Assembly (NCBI RefSeq): GCF_044704955.1
Contig: NC_091987.1
Location: 109,368,001-109,432,000 of the forward strand
DNA length: 64,000 nt
Origin: Pristiophorus japonicus
Lineage: Eukaryota
Reading direction: 5' to 3'
Shown here: piece after piece, positions 13,658 to 26,500 of the stretch
Layout: each line of letters begins with the position of its first letter
Position numbering within the stretch: the stretch's first letter is position 1
Notes under the pieces: model-generated
What the model saw: only the letters and a program-made list of their open reading frames with translations
Database searches by the model: none
Told to the model about the DNA's origin: nothing
Position numbers and translations under genes: made by a program

Positions 13658-15730
13658 TACATCCAACACCCTTTAGGCATCACTCTTCAAAGTGTCAAAA
13701 ATATTAACAAAAGAGAAAGAAAAGCAGTTATATCATGCTGTTTTTTTCTGACCTGGAGTTAGAAATTTAGAAGAAATTACCAATCTTCAAACTTCATTCA
13801 CCAACATAATTCACCTCTAATTGACTTCAGGATATTTCTATTTCGGCCTCTTTGCCAAATAGATGTACCCGGACAGGTTAAATACAGTTACATGGTTTAA
13901 TGCCATTGTAAAACAGAAAATCCTCTGACTTACAGTTAACAATAGTAATTTTTTTATATATATGTATATATACTCAGCCTCCGGAACAAAATAAATAAGG
14001 ATAAAAATTTAAATAATTTCTGCTGGAGGTTGTCATCCCCATACCTTCTTTGTGGTATCATGATTTACCAATAATCCTAAAAGAAATAGGCATAAGAAGT
14101 TGGCAGCATTATGGAAGGTATGACAGCTGTTAGACAACTGTAATCTAAAATAATTTGCAACTATCTGAGGAATCTTGCCAGGTGAGAACACAATGCTTTT
14201 AATTCCTACAAGTATGCCACCTATCGAACACAATGCTTTTGGTTCCTATAAGTATGCAACCTTACATCATAAGTAATGAATGTTACATTCGACGATCCTG
14301 CTAAACTCCTGGCAGCATTTATTAACCAAGGGGTAATAGCAGATGATCAAATCCCAGTGGTATGTTTGATATAGTGTTACAGTTCAATACAAGTTTACTG
14401 AGGCTAACCTGGAAGAGTGATTTAGGGAATGTTGCAGGGGTTCAGATTTGAGATTCTGTTTAGATCTGAGTCCCTAGTGACAACCTGCACCCACTTTAAG
14501 AAATATGTTTCAATATTTTAACAGACTGAACCACATAAGTAAATCCCATTCAACTTACTTTTTAGTTTCTGTGACTTTTATTGAGCATCACATAGAATGC
14601 AGAGTTCCAGTACACCGTACATACTTAGAGTGACACACATCATATTTATTGTCACAAGGGTCATATTTTCATACACTCAATATATGTACAGAAATGGGTC
14701 AGTCTTGAGAGTGGTGTGCATGTGCTTGCAATATGTCCTCTCCACATACAACCCTGATCCATCCACAGCTGTAACTGGCTTGTATTCTGATGTATCATTA
14801 TTAGATAACAAGTCTTTCTAGCTTCATAACCATAATGTTGATAGTGTTGTATATAGAATACTGAAGAATTAGAACTCTGATAATATGCCACAAATGAGAC
14901 AATAAGTTAATAAATTCCTGCAATTACTAAAATAACCTAGATTGCAACTTTCAGAATTCAATAACTGGATTATCTTCAGAGAAACTTCAATAAGAAGGAT
15001 GTGTTACTATGAGTCAAAGTGTAAACTCCCATTAAAATAGGTGGCAATTTGAAGATCTGCCCAACTTTGTCTTTGAAGAAGTAAAAAAAGATTTTCATTG
15101 CATCATGAAGGGCATGGAGGATTCAAAGTGCAGCTATTTAAGCTTTTCTGTTTTCCGGGCGATAGCGGCAGCGGGACGGGAAAATTAGTATGCAAGTTTG
15201 AGCATCTGGGCCCTGCGTGAGGGGGCGCAGCACTAAGGGAGGCATTCTATACCTCTCGTGGCGCAAGGATGGGAAACTCCCGAGCTAAAGAGCCGGGCCG
15301 TGAGAGCTCCAAGAGAGGCCTGGGGGTGGGGGGGGCGGAGAGGGGAGGAACCTAAAAAAAACCACAAAAACATTCCTAAACCACCGCAACACAAATCGCA
15401 CAACATTTATTTTTAAAAACACTCGCACTTTTGTAGTACTTTACCTTCCTCTCACCGCCAGCATGGCTGGACCCCTCTGATTTCCCAGGCAGTTATTGCG
15501 GGCGCACTTCCGGGCAGACAGGTCGGGCAGAAGCTCAAACTCGCGCCAGTGTCGCAACCAGGGGCGTTGTACACCCGGCGCAGCTCTTCACGGCAGTGCT
15601 GCTCAGCGCCGCCACAAAACTCAACCGGAGAATCACGTCGGGACACTGGGGACCTCACCGCTACCTTTCACGCTGCTCCGGGGCACAAAGGACTGGAAAA
15701 TTCTGCCCTACAGGTTGCGCACAATGAGGG

Positions 15731-16155
15731 TAACATAGAAACATAAAAAATAGGTGCAGGATTAGGCCATTCAGCCCTTCGAGCTTGCACCACCATTCAA
15801 TAAGATCACGGCTGATCATTCACCTCAGTACCCCTTTCCTGCTTTCTCTCCATACCCCTTGATCCCTTTAGCCGTAAGGGCCATATCTAACTCCCTCTTG
15901 AATATATCCAGTGAACTGGCATCAACAACTCACTGCGATAGAGAATTCCACAGGTTAACAACTCTCTGAGTGAAGAAGTTTCTCCTCATCTCAGTCCTAA
16001 ATGGCTTACCCCTTATCCTTAGACTATGTCCCCTGGTTCTGTTCTTCCCCAACATCGGGAACGTTCTTCCCGCATCTAACTTGTCCAATCCCGTCAGAAT
16101 TTTATATGTTTCTATGAGATCCCCTCTCATTCTTCTGAACTCCAGTGAATACAGG
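15731..16155 (-). mobile_element. CR1 3' fragment
   Basis: ORF 15930-16205 YSLEFRRMRGDLIETYK; CR1 tail. Confidence 0.9.
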
Positions 16156-17109
16156 GTATGCAATCTTGAAGGATGTTGACAAATGTAGAGTGGAATCATC
16201 AACAAAGCAGGATTAGGGTTTGATGATAAGTGAAAGATATTATTGATTATTACAGCACAGTTAGAGTGATTTATGAAAAACTATCTTTGAGGATAGCTTT
16301 GTTGGGAGGTCATACCAGGGTTAACCTGTTTAGAAACCTTTCAAGAAGTCCAAGATAATGACAGATAATTCACCAAAGTATTCAAGAGCAAAGTTCCACT
16401 GTTGCATAACATAGGCAACAAGATCACCAATAAAACACGCATGCCAAAAACCGTCACTTGTAAGCTGATGGATAATTTGAAAGTGTCTTGAGGCTTGGAG
16501 ATGCTACAATAAAGAATTATTGCATTTAGAAAAATGCTGGCAGTGGTAACAGAAGCGATTGGCTGATGTTCCCTCCAATTAAATTTCACCTTATGTTTAA
16601 GAATTCATGCCATTTTGTTAGCAGGTCATAAATAATGTTTTTTTAAAAAGGGTTATTAAATAATGATAAAATGACAAAGAAATATGGCTCTCTGTGTCAG
16701 TATTCATGAGATGGCATGTACTAGTGAGCGTGTGGGTGAAAACAGACATTGTTATTCTGTCATTGTTACACAATTGGTTTCTGACCTGTAAATTCCTTGG
16801 AAATGTTGAACATCCCATCTTCCAGAACCTCTTTCCTTGTTATTTCTCTCTGCTTTTGAGCACCAATAGTGAATGCCCAGTCACAAGAAACATTGCAGAA
16901 CTAACTAATATGGCTGACGGAGAGATTTAACACCACTCACTGTAGACCCTTTTCCAAATCATTGATACACATAGAGAACAGAAGTGGCCCCAAAACAGAA
17001 CCCTGTGCCTCACCACCACTTCTCTTGACCCCTCTGTGGTCTCTAAATTTAAAATAAAAATGTTTTTATTAGTTCATGGGATGTGGGCGTCGCTAGCAAG
17101 GCCAACATT

Positions 17110-17990
17110 TATTGTCAGACTGCTTGTCCGACATCCAGTACTGGATGAGCAGAAATTTTCTCCAGTTAAATATTGTGAAGACCGAAGCCATTGTCTTTGG
17201 TTTCTGCCACAAACTGCATTCCCTAGCCACCGACTCCATCCCTCTCCCTAGCATCTATCTGAGGCTGAACCAGACTGTTCGTAACCTAAGTGTCATATTT
17301 GACCCTGAAATTAACTTCAGGCCACATATCTATGGCATAACTAAAACAGCCTATTTCCACCTGTGTAACATCGCCCATCTCCACCCCTGCCTCAGCTCAT
17401 CTGCTGCTGAAACCCTCAGCCTTTGTTACCTTTAGACTTGTCTACTCCAAAGCACTCCTGGCTGGCCTCCCACATTCTACCCTACATAAACTTTAGGTCA
17501 TCCAAAACTCGGCAGCCCGTGTCCTAACTCGCACCAAATCCTGCTCACCCATCACCCCTGTGCTCGCCAACCTACGTTGGCTCCCAGTTAAGCAATGCCT
17601 CGATTTCAAAATTCTACCGTCCTTGTTTAGGAATCCCTCCATGGCCTTGCCCCTCCCTATTTATGTAATCTCCTTCAGCCTCACAACCCACTGAGATGTC
17701 TGCACTCCTCAAATTCTGCCCTCTTGAGCATCTCTGATTATAACTGCTCAACCACTGGTGGCCATGCCTTCAGCTGCCTCGGCCCCAAGTTCTGGAACTT
17801 CCTCCCTAAACCTCTCCACCTCACTTTCTTCCTTTAAGACACTCCTTAAAACCTACCTCTTTGACCAAGCTTTTGGTCATCTGCCGTAATTTCTTCTTAG
17901 GTGTTTTGTCTTAAAATACTCCTGTGAAGCACCTTGGGATGTCTTACTACATTAAATATGCTATATAAATACAAGTTGTTGTTGTTGTGC
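17110..17990 (+). mobile_element. L2-clade LINE 3' fragment
   Basis: ORF 17112-17435 CLSDIQYWMSRNFLQLNIVKTEAIVF; L2-type 3' end with (ttg)n tail. Confidence 0.85.
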
Positions 17991-18689
17991 AACACCACTA
18001 CTCTGAAAAATTGCCCTTAACTCCTACTCGTTGTTTTTTCCCTTCAAAACAATTTTTAATCCAGTTTTGTATCCTACCGCTAATTCTATTCCCCTTTAAT
18101 TTTCTCTAATAATCCCCCATTTGGTACCTTGTCTAGGCTTTCCTAAAGTCCTTGTACACTACATCCATTGAATTGCCCATATCTGTTTCCACCTCAAAGA
18201 ATTCTATGAGGTTGGAAGGACAATTATCGTTTTTCAAATCCATGCTGGTTACTTCTAACCATTTTCTCCTCATCTAGATACATGATAACTTCATTATGAA
18301 TTAAATTCCCCACCACAGATGCTACACTAACTGGCCTGTAATTACCCAGATTATCTCTGTCTCCCTTTTTTAAACTGGGTACTACGTTGGTCACTCTCCA
18401 GTTCTCCAGCACACTTCCACATTCAATGGATGTTTTCTCTGTCGCAATTCAGATGCATTTTTTTGTTTGAGAATTTTTGTATTGTTGCATTGGATATCTT
18501 TCACATTGTATGAAAGCCCCATTTCCAGACATTATTTTGCTGAATTGGTTATTCCTGCCAGAAACATGTGCTTGCAGTGTTGGGTGTTACTCCAGCCAAC
18601 AAAATGGCAGGATGGGAATCCCTTTGCAGAATCTAATCACCTAACCTAAATTAAAAGGACAAATTATTGAGGACATGTGCCCCTTCAGA

Positions 18690-19130
18690 TTGAAGAGCAC
18701 CTCAGGCACTATGTACACTTTCACCAGAGACAGTGACTGAGCTGTTCCACTTCGTACAGGCTAGTCATCAGATGGCCTCCAGGAATACCACAGCACTGCT
18801 TGTAGTTGAGATGGTGACAATGGCTTTCACTTTTCATAGCACAGGATCCTTTCAGGCCACAGCAGGAAACATCAGCTAAATCAGCTACTCAGCTGTACAC
18901 AAATGTATAAAGCAAGTGACAGACATATTTGCTGGGGCAGCACCTTCATAACTTTCCAAGTACCAAGAGATCCCATCTGCTCGAGAGGGCACAGAACTTT
19001 TTCAGGGTGGCAGGCTTTTTACGAATTAAGGGCATCATGAATGGAATGCATGGGGACATCAGCACTCCACATGAGAACTCCAACATTTTCTGAACAGGAA
19101 GGGCTTCCACCCCATAAATGTGTAAGTGAT
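18690..19130 (+). mobile_element. Degenerate PIF/Harbinger (HARBI1-like) transposase remnant
   Basis: Broken frames give TALLVVEMVTMAFTFHSTGSFQATAGNIS, SAVHKCIKQVTD and FLNRKGFHPINV, resembling Harbinger transposase motifs. Confidence 0.7.
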
Positions 19131-20559
19131 AGATATTATCCTACGTGTCAACGATAGCTTCCCAATGGGCAGCCTTGACTCTTTTATTCTGCAGATTTCT
19201 GGCATGATAAAACTATTTGACAGCTTGGGTTGATGGTTTTTGGGAGACAACAACTTGTATTTGTTGTGTTTAGAAGAACTTCACGAGGCTGAGTACTGTG
19301 AGCTAAACTTAGTGTGACCTTAGTCTTTATTACAACTCCAGAGTGCCTAAACAACATGGCAGCCAATCGTTTATGCTGGTCCTGCACGTGTGTGCAGGTG
19401 ACCATTAGGACTCCAACAGTCACGCCCTCTGGTGGCAAGTAATACATAGTTACATACATAACATCACTCCCCCCCCAAAGTCTTCAGTACAAGTTATTTA
19501 CAAGTTGAGACGATCCGGAGCCCTTCGCTCCCTGGTTGATCGACTAAGTTCAAACCCTGGCGTGTGTGAGTTGGCCGGACCATTGCTGCACTGCACCGCG
19601 GATGGTCTGACCGGACTTTCAGGAATGGTGGGTTCATCCTCGTGATTGACAGCGAGGTCGATTGCTGGTTGGGTGTGTGTTGGTGGATCGTCAATGGTGA
19701 TGTCCTCTTCAGGTCGTTCCTGGTTATCAGTAAATCGCAATTTGGTCTGATCTAAATGCTTTCTGCACATTTGGCCATTTAACAGCTTGATTATAAACAA
19801 CCTATTCCCTTCCTTGGTCAAAACAGTGCCAGCAATCCACTTGGGACCATGACCATAATTCAGGAAAAACACAGGGTCGTTAACATCAATGTCACGTGAA
19901 ACACCTGCGCAATTGTGGTACATGTTCTGCCGGTGTCGCCGGGTTTCCACGTGATCATTAAGATCCGGGTGGACTAGGGAGAGCCTGGTTTTGAGGGCTC
20001 TCTTCATTAACAATTCCGCCGGGGAACCCCGATGAGCGAGTGGGGTCGTGTCCGGTAACTGAGCAGAATGCGAGACAAGCGAGTCTGCAGGGAGCCCTCC
20101 GTCAGGCGTTTCATGTTCTGCTTGATTGTTTGGACTGCCCGCTACACTTGACCGTTAGATGTGGGCTTAAACGGAGCAGACCTGACCTGCTTGATGCCAT
20201 TGCGGGTCATAAACTCGTTGAATTCCGAGCTGGTGAAACATAGTCCATTGTCGCTGACAAGGATGTCGGGCAAGCCATGGGTGGCGAACATGGCCCGGAG
20301 GCTTTCAATGGTGGCTGTGAATGTGCTGGATGACATGATTATGCATTCAATCCATTTGGAGTAAGCATCCACAACTACTAAAAACATCTTTCCTAGTAAG
20401 GGGCCGGCAAAATCTATGTGGATCCTGGACCACGGTTTGTTGGGCCATGACCACAGACTCAGTGGAGCCTCCCTTGGTGCATTGCTCAGTTGCGAGTAAG
20501 TGTTGCACTGCTGCACGCATGACTCCAAGTCCGAGTCAACGCCTGGCCACCAAACATGC

Positions 20560-23504
20560 TGTTGTGTATTGCTCCAGTACATTAAATGTATAATAAGTAC
20601 AATGGTGCACCACAGAGGGCGCTATGGTGGGAGACCTGAAAGTATCTGCATGAGCCAGTATAAAAGGCTGCCCACCACACCTGTGGAGCACTCTGGAGCT
20701 GTTCAATAAAGGACTAATGTCACAGCAGTACGATCAACACCAGACCATGTGGGGTCAGTGATTTGTGTGCTACATACATGACAGTGGTGACGAGGAAGCG
20801 GACGAAATCCACGCAACTATGGCTACTCTGGGTTTGCTAAAGGATTTTACCATGGGCAATGATTGGGAGGCCTTTATGGAAAGGCTCGAGTACAACTTCA
20901 CAGCAAACGACCTGACGGGGAGCACGGACGCAATGAGAGAGAAGCGTAAGGCGATATTGCTTTCCAGTTGTGGCGATGAGGTTTATTGTCTCGTCAGGGA
21001 TTTGTCCCGCGAGCGCCAGGGACAAGTCATATGAGGAGCTGGTCGCACTCATTCGTGACCAGTTGAAACCGAAGGAGAGCATCCTCATGGCCAGATACAA
21101 ATTTTACCATCACTGCAGACCCAAGGGCCAGGATGTCACCAAATATGCCGCGGACCTCAGGAGACTCGCGGTGCCGTGTGATTTTGGCGCACACCTTGAC
21201 GAGGCATTGCAGGACGTTTTCGTCATGGGGATCAGCTATGAGGGACTCCTTCATAAGCTGCTAGCCACGGAACCCACAGTCATCCTGACAAAGGCCATCA
21301 CCATCAGCCGGGCATATATGACCTCGACTTGCAGCACCAAGCAAATGATCCACACAGTCTCCAACCCGGCAGGCACTGTCCACAGGATAGCGCCCACCAT
21401 GGACAAAACTGCAGAACGTGGCTCTGCCCGGGGCAGAGAGCACGGACCTCGGGGTCCTGGAACTCAGAGTCCGCTGAGGGGGGCCAATCAAGCAGCACCA
21501 TGCTGGTGCTGCGGAGGAAGCCATGGGACTCACTGGTGCAGGTTTGCGGCGTGTACATGCAATACCTGCCACCTGAAAGGCCACCTTCAGCGTATGTATA
21601 AAAGAAATCGGACTCACCATGTGGCTGAAGAGACGGGGGATGATCCACTGTTCAGTGAGGAGCAGGCAGAAGAAGATGAGGGGTTGGGACTGTATACGTG
21701 CACTGACGATTCGCCCCCAGTGATAATGGAAGTAAAAATTGACGGAGTCCCAGTGAGTATGGCAGTGGATACGGGATCGGGTCTGTCGTTGATGAGTCAG
21801 AGAACTTTTGAGAAACTGTGGGGTAACCCGGCTGCACGACCCAAGCTGGTCCCAGTCATAGCAAAGCTGCGTACCTACACCAGGAAACTGATACCTGTTC
21901 TCGGCAGAGCGGATGTGCAAGTATCTCACGGGGGCGAGACGCACGGTTTACCCTTATGGGTCATTGTAGGCGATGGGCCAACGCTCCTCGGCAGAAGATG
22001 GATGGGAAAGGTCCGTGGGAGCTGGGAAGACTTCTTCATTCCTCCACAGACTGCTGCTCCCCGGGTTCCCAAAGAGCAGCGCCAACCGAGCTGGAGCTGC
22101 AGCCTAAATCTACACACAGGCGACAGCAGCCCAGAACTCCTGACCCCAAGCAATCGTGCAGCCTCAGCCTCCACAGACGAGCAGACCCTGGAAGAACAGG
22201 TTTGCAGGTCAGCCTCCACAGATGAGCAGACCCTGGAAGAACAAAGTTGCAGGTGCGGGCCTATTGCTGGGGTGCAGGCCGGTGGGGCGCTGCGGGCGAG
22301 AAGCGGGAGGCCCATCGATGGCCGGTGGATCCGGGGGGCCCACGCAGCGGAGCAGTCGGGCGGCGGCAGCGGCCGCGATGGTGGCGGCCACGGCGGCTGC
22401 AGGAGAGACGGTCACGGTGGGAGCGGAGGCTGCAGCGGCGGCCGCGACTCGGAGGGACGTGAGGCAGAGCAGCGGATGCAGCAGCAAGCACGGAGCGACT
22501 CACTGCGACTGATCGAGTCCAGGGAGCCACTGCTGCAAGAGGGATCGATCTGGGCCGTTTTGCTTTTATACTATTTGCAGGTCCAATCAACTCCCTCCAG
22601 TATGCTATAGCTCGATCTCTGGCAATAACCATGGCAATAGTTGGTCCAGAACTCATGAATGCTGTTACCCGGATCGGAGAACGATCTCTTCGATTTCCTC
22701 CACGTTGTCGATGGCATCGGGTTTGATCAGGGCCAGCGTCCTCTCCACGTACACCTCTGCTGCACACTGTGCTTTCTCCATAACTCACTCACATCCGCTG
22801 GAAATACCGCACCTTTCCTAAAAACACTGTAAAATTCCCTTTCCCTCCTTCCTTGTTTCTTCTTCTTTCTAGGCCAGCAGAACACCTAAGATGGCGGCGC
22901 CCACCGAAGCCTCGTGGGAGCCACAAGATGGCGTCTTAAAAGGGAAATGCTCCCGGGAGTCTTAAAAGGGCCTCACACCACTGCGGTCCCCACATAAAGA
23001 CTTTTGGACTTTCGTAGGGCCAGAGCGAGTCTAAGTGTGCTATGTGAATGTAGGATGATGGATTCATGACAAGAAATAATATTTTAATGCTGGGTGGTCA
23101 CTGTGTTTAAAATAATGGACATGAATTGCGAATTACGACAAGAGTTAATATTTCAATGCTGAATGGTCACTGTGTTTAAATTCAGGGACGTGGATCTGTG
23201 ACCAACATTACCAATGTGCTAATGCGTTTTTTGATTTAGGGGATTCAAGCAATGGCTTTTTGAACTGGGGGAGGAAGTGATGTTGTGTATTGCTCTGGTA
23301 CATTAAATGTATGATAAGTACAATGGTGCACCACAGAGGGTGCTGAAGTGGGAGACCTGAAAGTACCTGCACGAGGCAGTATAAAAGGCTGCCCACCACA
23401 CCTGTGGAGCACTCTGGAGCTGTTAAATAAAGGACTAAGGTCACAGCAGTAAGATCAACACCAGACCATGTAGAGTCAGTGATTTGCGTGCTACATACAC
23501 GACA
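20560..23504 (+). mobile_element. Nested non-autonomous Gypsy LTR element (gag-protease plus cargo)
   Basis: 224-bp LTRs 20560-20783 and 23281-23504; 5-bp TSD CATGC; PBS TGGTGACGAG; PPT ggggggaggaa-like tract before the 3' LTR; gag ATG at 20819 with a frameshift near 21005; zinc knuckles; protease VDTGS; no RT/RH/IN; splits the outer integrase H2C2 motif (HPGIVMMKAIARL|HVWWPG). Confidence 0.95.
22558..22781 (-). pseudogene. NME5: Captured, internally deleted NME5 (NDP kinase homolog 5) fragment
   Basis: 22781-22668 = MEKAQCAAEVYVERTLALIKPDAIDNVEEIEEIVLRSG then TAA; 22665-22558 = TAFMSSGPTIAMVIARDRAIAYWRELIGPANSIKAK; both resemble recalled NME5 (YVEKTLAIIKPD...LRSG; TAYMSSGP..AMILAR..AI.YW.EL.GP.NS..AK). 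Confidence 0.88.
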
Positions 23505-26500
23505 CATGCAACCTGGCAATTGCCTTCATCATGACAATGCCTGGGTGGGTACTGTGTAGATCGCATATAAATGTTTCCCTGCCTTTTTTTGGCAAAACCA
23601 CGTGATTATCCCAGAAGAGACAATCCGATTGGATGGACATTTCATCTTTGCGTCAGTGAAACTGCTTAATTTCATCTTGCATTTCCCCTGGAACGGCCGA
23701 CCAGTTCCCACTTAGGACGCAACTCTTTACTAATAATAGCACAGGATCCTGGCTGGTCCAGGTCCTGATCTGGCGAGCTGTAATGGGTGACCCCTCGCTC
23801 TCAAAAGCATCCATGGATAGCAAGTCTGCGGGCTGCACCATTTCAACCCCAGTGGTGGGTAATGGTAGCCGGCTGAGAGCATCGGCACAGTTTTCAGTGC
23901 CTGGTCTGTGGCGGATAACATAGTCATAAGCGGATAATGTTAGTGCCCATCTTTGGATGCGGGACGAAGCATTGGTATTTATATATTTGCTCTCTGAAAA
24001 CAGCAAAATGAGTGACTTGTGGTCAGTTTCAAGCTCAAACTGAAGTCCAAATAGGTATTGGTGAATTTTCCTAACCCCATATACACATGCTAATGCCTCT
24101 TTCTTGACCATACTATAGGCTCTCTCAGCTTTAGACAGACTTCTAGACACATATGCAACAGGTTGGAGGTTGCCTGATACATTGGCTTGCTGTAACACAC
24201 AGCCAACCCCGTACGATGAAGCGTCACAAGCTAGCAATGTTTACTTGGGTCATAGTGTATCAGTAACTTATTTGAACATAGCAGGTTCCTGGCCTTCTCA
24301 AAGGCTGTGTCTTGAGATTTTCCCCAAACTCAGTCATCACCCTTACGTAGCAACATGTACAAAGGCTCTAACAACATGCTCAACCCAGGTAGAAAGTTAC
24401 TGAAATAGTTGAGGAGTCCCAGGAACGAACGCAGCTCCGTCACATTCTGTGGGCTGGGTGCATTCTTGATGACCTCTGTCTTTGAGTCCGTGGGCCTGAT
24501 GCCGTCTGCTGCAATTTTTCTCCCCCAAAATTCGACTTCTGGCGCCAGGAAAACACACTTGGAGTGTTTCAGCCTGAGTCCCACTCTGTCTAGGCGACTT
24601 AGAACCTCTTCCAGGTTGTGTAGATGTTCGATGGTGTCACGACCAGTGATCAGGATGTCGTGTTGAAACACAACGATGTGCAGAACAGATTTCAGCAAAC
24701 TCTCCATGTTTCTCTGGAAAATGGCTGCAGCCAAGCGAATCCTGAAAGGGCACCTGTGGTATATAAACAACTCTTTGTGTGTGTTGACGCACATCAGTCT
24801 TTACAAAGATTCAGCCAGCTCCTGTGTCATGTAGGCGGAGGTTAGGTCCAACTTGGTGAAAGACATCCCTCCCCCCGCTAACGTTGCGAACAGGTCATCC
24901 GCCTTAGGCAGCAGGTACTGGTTCTGTAGTGAGACTCGGTTAATCGTTACCTTGTAGTCTCCGCAGATTCTGACCATGCCATCGCTTTTCAACACCGGAA
25001 CAATTGGACTGGCCCACTCGTTGAACTCGACTGGCGATATGATTCCTTCATGTTGGAGTCTGTCCAGTTCGATCTCAACTGTCCGAGCCTTGTGATGGAC
25101 AGGCCGTGCATTGGGGCCTAGATGGATCTGTACCTTGCTGCCTGTGAAGTTGCCGATGCCTGGTTCGAATAGCGAGGGAAACTTGCTCAGCACTTGAGCA
25201 CACGAGGCATCATCCACTGAAGGTAGTGCTTTGATGTCGTTCCAATTCTGTCTAATCTTTTCTAGCCAGCTTCTGCCGAACAGTGTTGGGCCATTGCCTG
25301 GAACAATCCACAAAGATTGCACAGCTCCATCATAAGATACCTTCACTGCCACACTTCCAATGACTGGTATGAGCTCTTTGGTGTAGGTACACAGCTTTGC
25401 ATTAATCAGGCTCAGTTTGGGCCTTTGTGTTTTATTGCTCCACAGTTTCTCGAAAGCCTTCTGGCTCATTATTGATTGACTCGCACCCGTGTCCAACTCC
25501 ATGGATACTGGATCTCCAGACTTCTTCCTCGGGTTGAGTTGCTGTGCTGCATGATCTGCGCCAGATCGATCATCCTCTGCCATGTGGTATGTCACAGCAC
25601 GTTTGCACATTCGCTGGCGGTGCCCCATTGTTGCACAGCCTTTGCACACATAGTGCTTGAATCGACATTGATGGGCCCGATGTTTACCCCTGCAGCACCA
25701 ACACGGTGCACGGTGCTTATGGATTCACATTCACCCCCGATGGCGGACTCTGAGTCATCACAGGTCTTGCAGCCGCAGATGTATAGGCCCTGCCATATGC
25801 AGTTTGGCATGCTAGCGATGTCATTTTATGCACAGTACTTGCCGGTGAGCTTCGATGTTGAGAAGATATCTGTTTTGTGTTATCATCCGTGGCCATGAAT
25901 GCCTGGGCGAACGCGATGGCCCTACTCAGGTCTAGGGTTTTGGCAGCCAGCAGCTTTTGAAGAATGACCTTGTGGCTGATGCCCAGCACGAAAAAGTCCC
26001 GCAGCATTTGCCCCAATGCAGCTCCAAACGCAAGGTCCCGCGAGGCGTCTCAGGTCGGCGACATAATCCACCACGTCCTGGCCGCCGGAGCGATGGTGCG
26101 TGTAAAAATGCTATCTGGCCATCAGGAAACTCTCCTTCGCCTTGAGGTGGTCCCGAACTAGCATGCACAACTCTGTACATTCCTCTTCTTTGATTTTGTC
26201 TGTGCGAGCAGATTCTTGATGAGGCCGTATATTTTAGGCCCACAGATGGTGTGGAGAACTGCCCTGCGTTTGGCCGCGTTTGTGCCTCCTTCCAGCTCAT
26301 TGGCCATGAAGTACTGGTCGAGACGCTCGACGAAGGCTTCCCAATCATCACCCTCTATGAATCTCTCTAATATTCCAATGGCAGCCATGGTTGTGTGAAG
26401 GTTCGTATTCTGTTACTCATCGCCAATTGTTGTGTATAGAAGAACTCCACGAGGCTGAATACTGTGAGCTAAACTTAGTGTGACCTTAGTCTTCTTTATT

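Noticed and set aside
14640-14920. Exon-like minus-strand segment ending ...TDPFLYIY* followed by AATAAA
   Set aside because: No recognisable homology and no supporting upstream exons
16341-16589. Hydrophobic, signal-peptide-like ORF
   Set aside because: Short, no homology recognised, compatible with chance
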